DNA from: Chara braunii
Lineage: Eukaryota > Plantae > Charophyceae
Length of the DNA: 64,000 bases
NCBI GenBank assembly: GCA_003427395.1
Contig: BFEA01000003.1
Location: forward strand, 8,803,657-8,867,656
Direction of reading: 5' to 3'
How positions within the stretch are numbered: position 1 is the stretch's first letter; each line of letters begins with the position of its first letter. Positions 59,018-64,000 of the stretch are shown one piece after another. Both the position numbers and the translations under genes were made by a program. The notes beneath the pieces are model-generated. The model had not been told where the DNA came from. It worked only from the letters and a program-made list of their open reading frames with translations, and did no database searches.

Positions 59018-62000
59018 TGACAACAGTGGCATGCACCACATCAGCAATGTCGAAGACAGCGTGGCTTGCGCCAAGACAGGAAGGCGCCAGCAAGCAAGCA
59101 GCAGTCTCTCGTCATCGTCCCGAGTGCCAGCGTACAGCTAGCGTCCAACTAGCATCAAGCCAGCGTCTAACCAACATCAAGTCAGCATAGCAAGACTAAA
59201 TGTTGACTTCTTGGAGGCAGGGCCTTATGTAGCGTTGACGAGCTTGACCTGCCTCAGGTCTCCCACCCATGGCGGCTCAGATTGACTCACAGCCAATGGC
59301 CCAGATCTCATACAGTTGTAGACTTCCACTTGGTTCGGATACTGTCTTGGTACCTGTATTCAAACAAGTGTGTGTGTCTGACCGGCAACCTGGGTTGGGT
59401 CCATACAGACTTTGACTCGTGGGCCGCTGAGCGGGTTTATTGCAAGCCTATCCTACTAAGCTATTATACTAACCTACTCTACATATACATAACACGAGCA
59501 CTTCAAGTTGAAGACTAATGTACGTGACGACATCGCTAATGCAAACAGCCAGCATACACCAGGTATGTGCCTCTCATCCTCTCCTCACCCCTCTCATCCC
59601 ACAGCATGTGCCCTCTTCTCCCGAAGACACACCATTGCCAATCCAACATGCGCCCAACAGCCCGACTATGGCCATCGTGCGCCCGCTGCCACCGCAACGC
59701 CCCTCTCACCACCTAGTGCCTGATGCGCGCCCTGGCTTGCCAGCGCTACCAGCGTGGCCGCCCGCTTTAGCAAAGCCAGAATGTGCTTTGGCCTGGGCGA
59801 TCACTTTCCTTTATGGAAAGTGAGCCCTATATCTGCCTGGGCTGGTCCTGGTGTGCACGGGCCCAGAAGCTTCACGTTGGGCCAAAGTGTCTACACCCAG
59901 GCCCATCTAGACAGTTGCCTGGGAGCACAAGTTTGAGGTGCGCCAACCAACCATGCTGGCTTTGACGTGTTCCCTACTTGCTCACTGGCCAAGGGGCCAA
60001 CTTCCACGTCCAAGCTTGGAAGAGCCTAGAAGGTTCTTCAAAGATTCTGATGCTCGTCAGCAGGGCCTATGTAACCAACGGGCACGTAGTAACTGTCTAG
60101 CAACCCACTACGCAGAAATGGCAAAAATAGGGTCGTAGGTCGAAAACTGGCCCGCCTTAGCTTAGGGTGGGTGCTTTGCTTTCTAGGGGCCCTTTGGGCA
60201 TCTTGTTGTCGGAGCCGAGTGGCCAATGTGAGGGCTAAATCCTCGCATTCTATCCCCATTAGCTTCAAAAGTCCGCTGAGATGCTTTTACGCAGGTGATT
60301 TCCCCTTCAACTTGCGTTCATACTTTGCAAAGACCTGAGGTCAGTGCGATGCTGTCTTGACAAGCTTATCTTTCATGAACCAACGATCTTCCTTTGGATC
60401 CATAGGATGCCTGAATATGACACGGTACTCTCTTGTAGGTTTCGGTGGTCTTCCTCTACTCATAGTCTTGGGAACAGGCAGATCTCCATGTTCCAGGATG
60501 TTGTTGACGTCCACATGGCCATCCATGGTCGGGGGAAGCATTGATCTCCTTGATGGGAACTTGTCAGTCTCAGCAACAGGTGGGAGCTTTGAAGTGTGGA
60601 AGACTGGGTAAGTGTGCAGGTGGCGAGGGATTTTAATCTTATAGGAGGGACCATCCGAATCATTACCCAATATATCCAAAACCTCCCAAAGACCAAAATA
60701 CGGAGGGATTAGCTTCTTAGAGATGTCGAACTCTTGTCCTAGTTTCTAGCCTTAACCCAGACTCGTCCTCCTACCTAAAATGTGGACTATCGTCTATGTC
60801 TGTTCTCAGAGGCATCATAGCCTCTTGAGATTTTCTGATGTGCTCAACAGCCTACGGCAACAACTTGTCATCCAGGACACCAAATTCAATGGTTCTAAGA
60901 GCTGCAACTGATTGGTTTTCAGGAAGGAGAAAGTGTAATGCTAATATAGGCTTACACCCCATATGTCACTCATTCAGAGACACACCGGTGGTGTTGTGAA
61001 CTGCGTTGTTGCACAGGCTGACGATCAAAGGAAGTTTCTCATCCTAGTCATCCTCGATGGGCTTGATGCAGTGCCTCGACAGGTGTTGTACCACCCGGTT
61101 CATCTGGTCCGCTTGACCATTTGCTTCAGGATGATTACCTGAAATCATTTGGAGTTGGCTGCCCATCTGTTCAGCCGCTTTTTTCCACATTTTGTTGGTG
61201 AAATTGACATCTCTGTCACTTACTATTAACTTGGGCATGCACCCAATTATCCATGAATAATTTGATGACATGCTAAGTCTTTGCAGTCTCTGGCATGACA
61301 ACATCTAGCATACTGGTGAACCGGTCTACTATGACAGAAATGTCTATTGCCATTCTTGTTGGTCACAAGGGTATCCATAAAATCCATGAAAACGTTGTGT
61401 CTTTGGACATGAAGGAATGGGCAAGAGATTGATTAATCCAAGCGGTGTTTGATTTCTCGGCTTGTCTCGCTAACAGACTTAACAAGTCTGTGCATATAGT
61501 TTCGCATCATCAAGTATAGACGGCCACTTGAAACGTTGTACCAGCACTAGTCTTTTTGTACCCGAAATATCCCATTGCATCTTGACACTCTCCTAGAAAC
61601 AAACTACCCAAAGAATCTCAAGACGGTACACAATCTTTTGAACCCTGCCTTTTCAAGAAAGAGTAACCCATCGACCATCACAAACTCATCGGATGTGGCC
61701 TTGTATTTGGCCTCGAGCTTGAGGATGATGTCCATCGTAATGGGATCTTCCTTGTAGGCATCCACCGTGCATCGAGTCAGCTCATCAAATAGGTCAAACT
61801 CAATAATCAACACACCTAAATAGTCTGCTCGTCGTGAGAGTGCACCCACAACAAAACCTTATTGTGCACCCCGTCCCCTGCACCCTCGTGAGAGTGCACC
61901 AACAAATTATTTAGGTGTGTTGATGGTGAACTCTCACGACGATAAACTTATCTATGTACTAATAAAATATCAAGTTCATGGCATGTCGAAATTTACTCGG

Positions 62001-63445
62001 TGCATTGCAAAGGCCAAAGGCATCACCACAAACTCATACAGGTCGTATCTAGTCTGAAATGTGGTTTTGTGTTGATCCACCGGTCTAATCTCAATTTGAT
62101 GACAATCGGATTTTAAATTTATCTTGGTAAAAGTAGCTACATTCTTGCACCATATCCAAAAGGTCGTGAATGCGGGGTAGAGGCTTTGCATTTTGACTGT
62201 GATGACATTGAGGTCTCTATAATCAATGCGCATCCTCAGTGATCCCCCTTTCTTTGGCACAAATAAGACTGGCGATCGGTAGGAAGATGTGTTAGGCCGT
62301 ATCCAACCTTTTTTGTAAGCTCTTTCAGTTGCCGCCGAAGTTTGTCAAACTCCCTGACGTCGGTGAGGTCACGAACGGTCTTGTACTTCTTCGTGTCAAG
62401 TCGGGCCAACGCATGAATGGTCTACTGAGCCTGCTGAGGGTTGTGCCACCACTCCTCTACCAACTTAAAAAACGAGTCTAAAGTTTGGATCCTTGCCCAA
62501 TCATTCATCCTCCTACCGAAGACATGGGTTGCAACTAATCCACTGAACCATCGCGTTGCTGAACCTCTAAGGTAAGAGGCTGCAAGTAACACTTTTCTTC
62601 GGCCAACGTCCGCTTGGCACATACCCACGTTGGTGTGATCCTCAACCAAGTGTTGAGGTGCTCCTCCGTCGTATCACCTGAAAGGGAGACAACGGGGCCT
62701 TTGGGTACCATTGTTGTTGTGGTCCAACGTGGACCTGTTGTTTCACAAATTGTTGGATCGACTACTCCCTACAGCTGCAGCCGCTGGACTAGAAGATAAA
62801 GAAGCAGCAGTCTGTGCACTTGCCGCTGACATACCACCTGGTGGGAAGCCAAACTGAGGGACAAAAGGGTCTATCATTGTTGGATACGGAATCGACAATG
62901 GGAGGACTGCTTGTGCCCTGACACTTGGCCCGCCTGTTGTGGAAGGAACTGGTCTTCGCTTCCTTTGCATGGCACTCAGTATCTGGTTTAGGGTTGACTA
63001 GGTATCATCCAATTTGCTGTCCATGTACTCGTACATGCTCAGCATACCCGCCTTGAACACTTCACCAGTGTCATCAAGGACCGAGTCATCTAACCCTTCT
63101 AAAGCGGTCTTGCACTCCAGTTTACCTTGTCTCAATTTTGCTTCGTTTGCTCTGTCGGTAGCATCTCTCAGTTCTTTCTCTAACTGTAAGCGGATGCTCT
63201 CTGCTTGTTGGGCATCTAAGGCCTCTCTAGTGAGTGGAGGTGGTTGGCTATACTACAAGCCTGCCATCTGACTGGAAGACGGTCCTGCACTTATCCCGAT
63301 GGAAGAGACAAAGGACATAGAGTACGTCCCTGACATCTGCTGACCTTGAGTCGCAACATAAATAGCCATTGCGTTTACCGTTGCTGCTGTCGCTGCTACC
63401 ACATGCTCTGCTGCTGCTACTGCCTCCCTAGCCCTCTGCAGACCT
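59018..63445 (-). mobile_element. Degraded Ty3/gypsy element C (LTR-like 3' region, chromodomain-integrase, RT fragment, gag)
   Basis: YPVFHTSKL..REYRVIF, LIVSDRDVNF..GNHPEANGQ, ALSRR, PKKGGSLRMRIDYRDLN..YEFVVMP, gag LRGSATRWF. Region 59100-59420 is similar to the LTR of A/B. Confidence 0.85.
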
Positions 63446-63474
63446 CCCACGTGGCAAGAAGTAAAACGGTGGCG

Positions 63475-63993
63475 ATGGGTGACGGAGGTAACCCCACTAC
63501 CCCTCTCTCTCCCCTTTCCTCCTTGTCTCTCCTCTCCCTGGCTGACAAATTTTGCTATTTTTGCGAAGCTATCTCCCGCGTCTACTCGGTCTCCATGTGT
63601 CCTAACGGGGAAGGGTATGTTGATTGGATAGATTGCAGACAGTGTGTCGCACGAGCTCACGGCTCGTGCATCCAATACAGAAACGATAGTAAACCATGGT
63701 TGTGCCCCTTGTGCCGGACCGACAAGATTCCGACCGAGGCTCGCTTTTTGGATGCCACGTCAGAAGGGTTGGAAAAGACCCGGAAGTTTAAAAGGGCCGA
63801 AGTATGGACTGATATTGCCTCAATTGCCACCTTGGTTGGCAACCCCCTCCAGGATTTCACCAAGGAAGATCGGACGAGGGCCAACGAGAGGGCTCGGGAT
63901 TACAGATGGATAGAGGGCAGATTAGAAAAACGGAAAACAGACGGTAGTGGGATTTGGATGGTTGTGCCGCATCCATTCATGCGGTATGACTAG
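63475..63993 (+). CDS. PHD-finger protein fragment (host gene or TE ORF1-type)
   Basis: C4HC3 spacing: FCYFC...WIDCRQCVARAHGSC...WLCPLC. In-frame ATG at 63475. Confidence 0.65.
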   Translation: MGDGGNPTTPLSPLSSLSLLSLADKFCYFCEAISRVYSVSMCPNGEGYVDWIDCRQCVARAHGSCIQYRNDSKPWLCPLCRTDKIPTEARFLDATSEGLEKTRKFKRAEVWTDIASIATLVGNPLQDFTKEDRTRANERARDYRWIEGRLEKRKTDGSGIWMVVPHPFMRYD

Positions 63994-64000
63994 GTTAAGA

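Overview
Eukaryotic, repeat-dominated nuclear DNA, most consistent with a charophyte alga such as Chara. That assignment is inference from a plant-type oleosin, a flagellar TTC29-like gene with very long TE-filled introns, and Ty3/gypsy, L1-like and Harbinger remnants. Two host genes are supported: an intronless oleosin-like ORF with two complete proline knots (17185-18120, +) and the last two coding exons of a TTC29-like TPR gene (-, 40842-40967 and 22238-22501, joined by an 18.3-kb GT-AG intron). The rest is decayed mobile DNA: four Ty3/gypsy segments (two in tandem sharing one LTR), several L1/Tx1-like LINE remnants, tRNA-headed SINEs, MITE/foldback elements, tandem repeats, three N gaps and one Nextera adapter artefact. 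Main discoveries: (1) a structured RNA 3'-end cassette (two tandem H-type pseudoknots, a long hairpin with a conserved GCTCTTAYMA loop, then poly(A)). It occurs in whole or part more than 15 times with compensatory changes and is shared by L1-like LINEs and unrelated passenger retroposons. (2) A family of solo-LTR-like units with a TATA box and an internal Cys-containing ORF under apparent purifying selection. (3) The double proline-knot oleosin. All family assignments come from motif recognition by eye, with no database searches.
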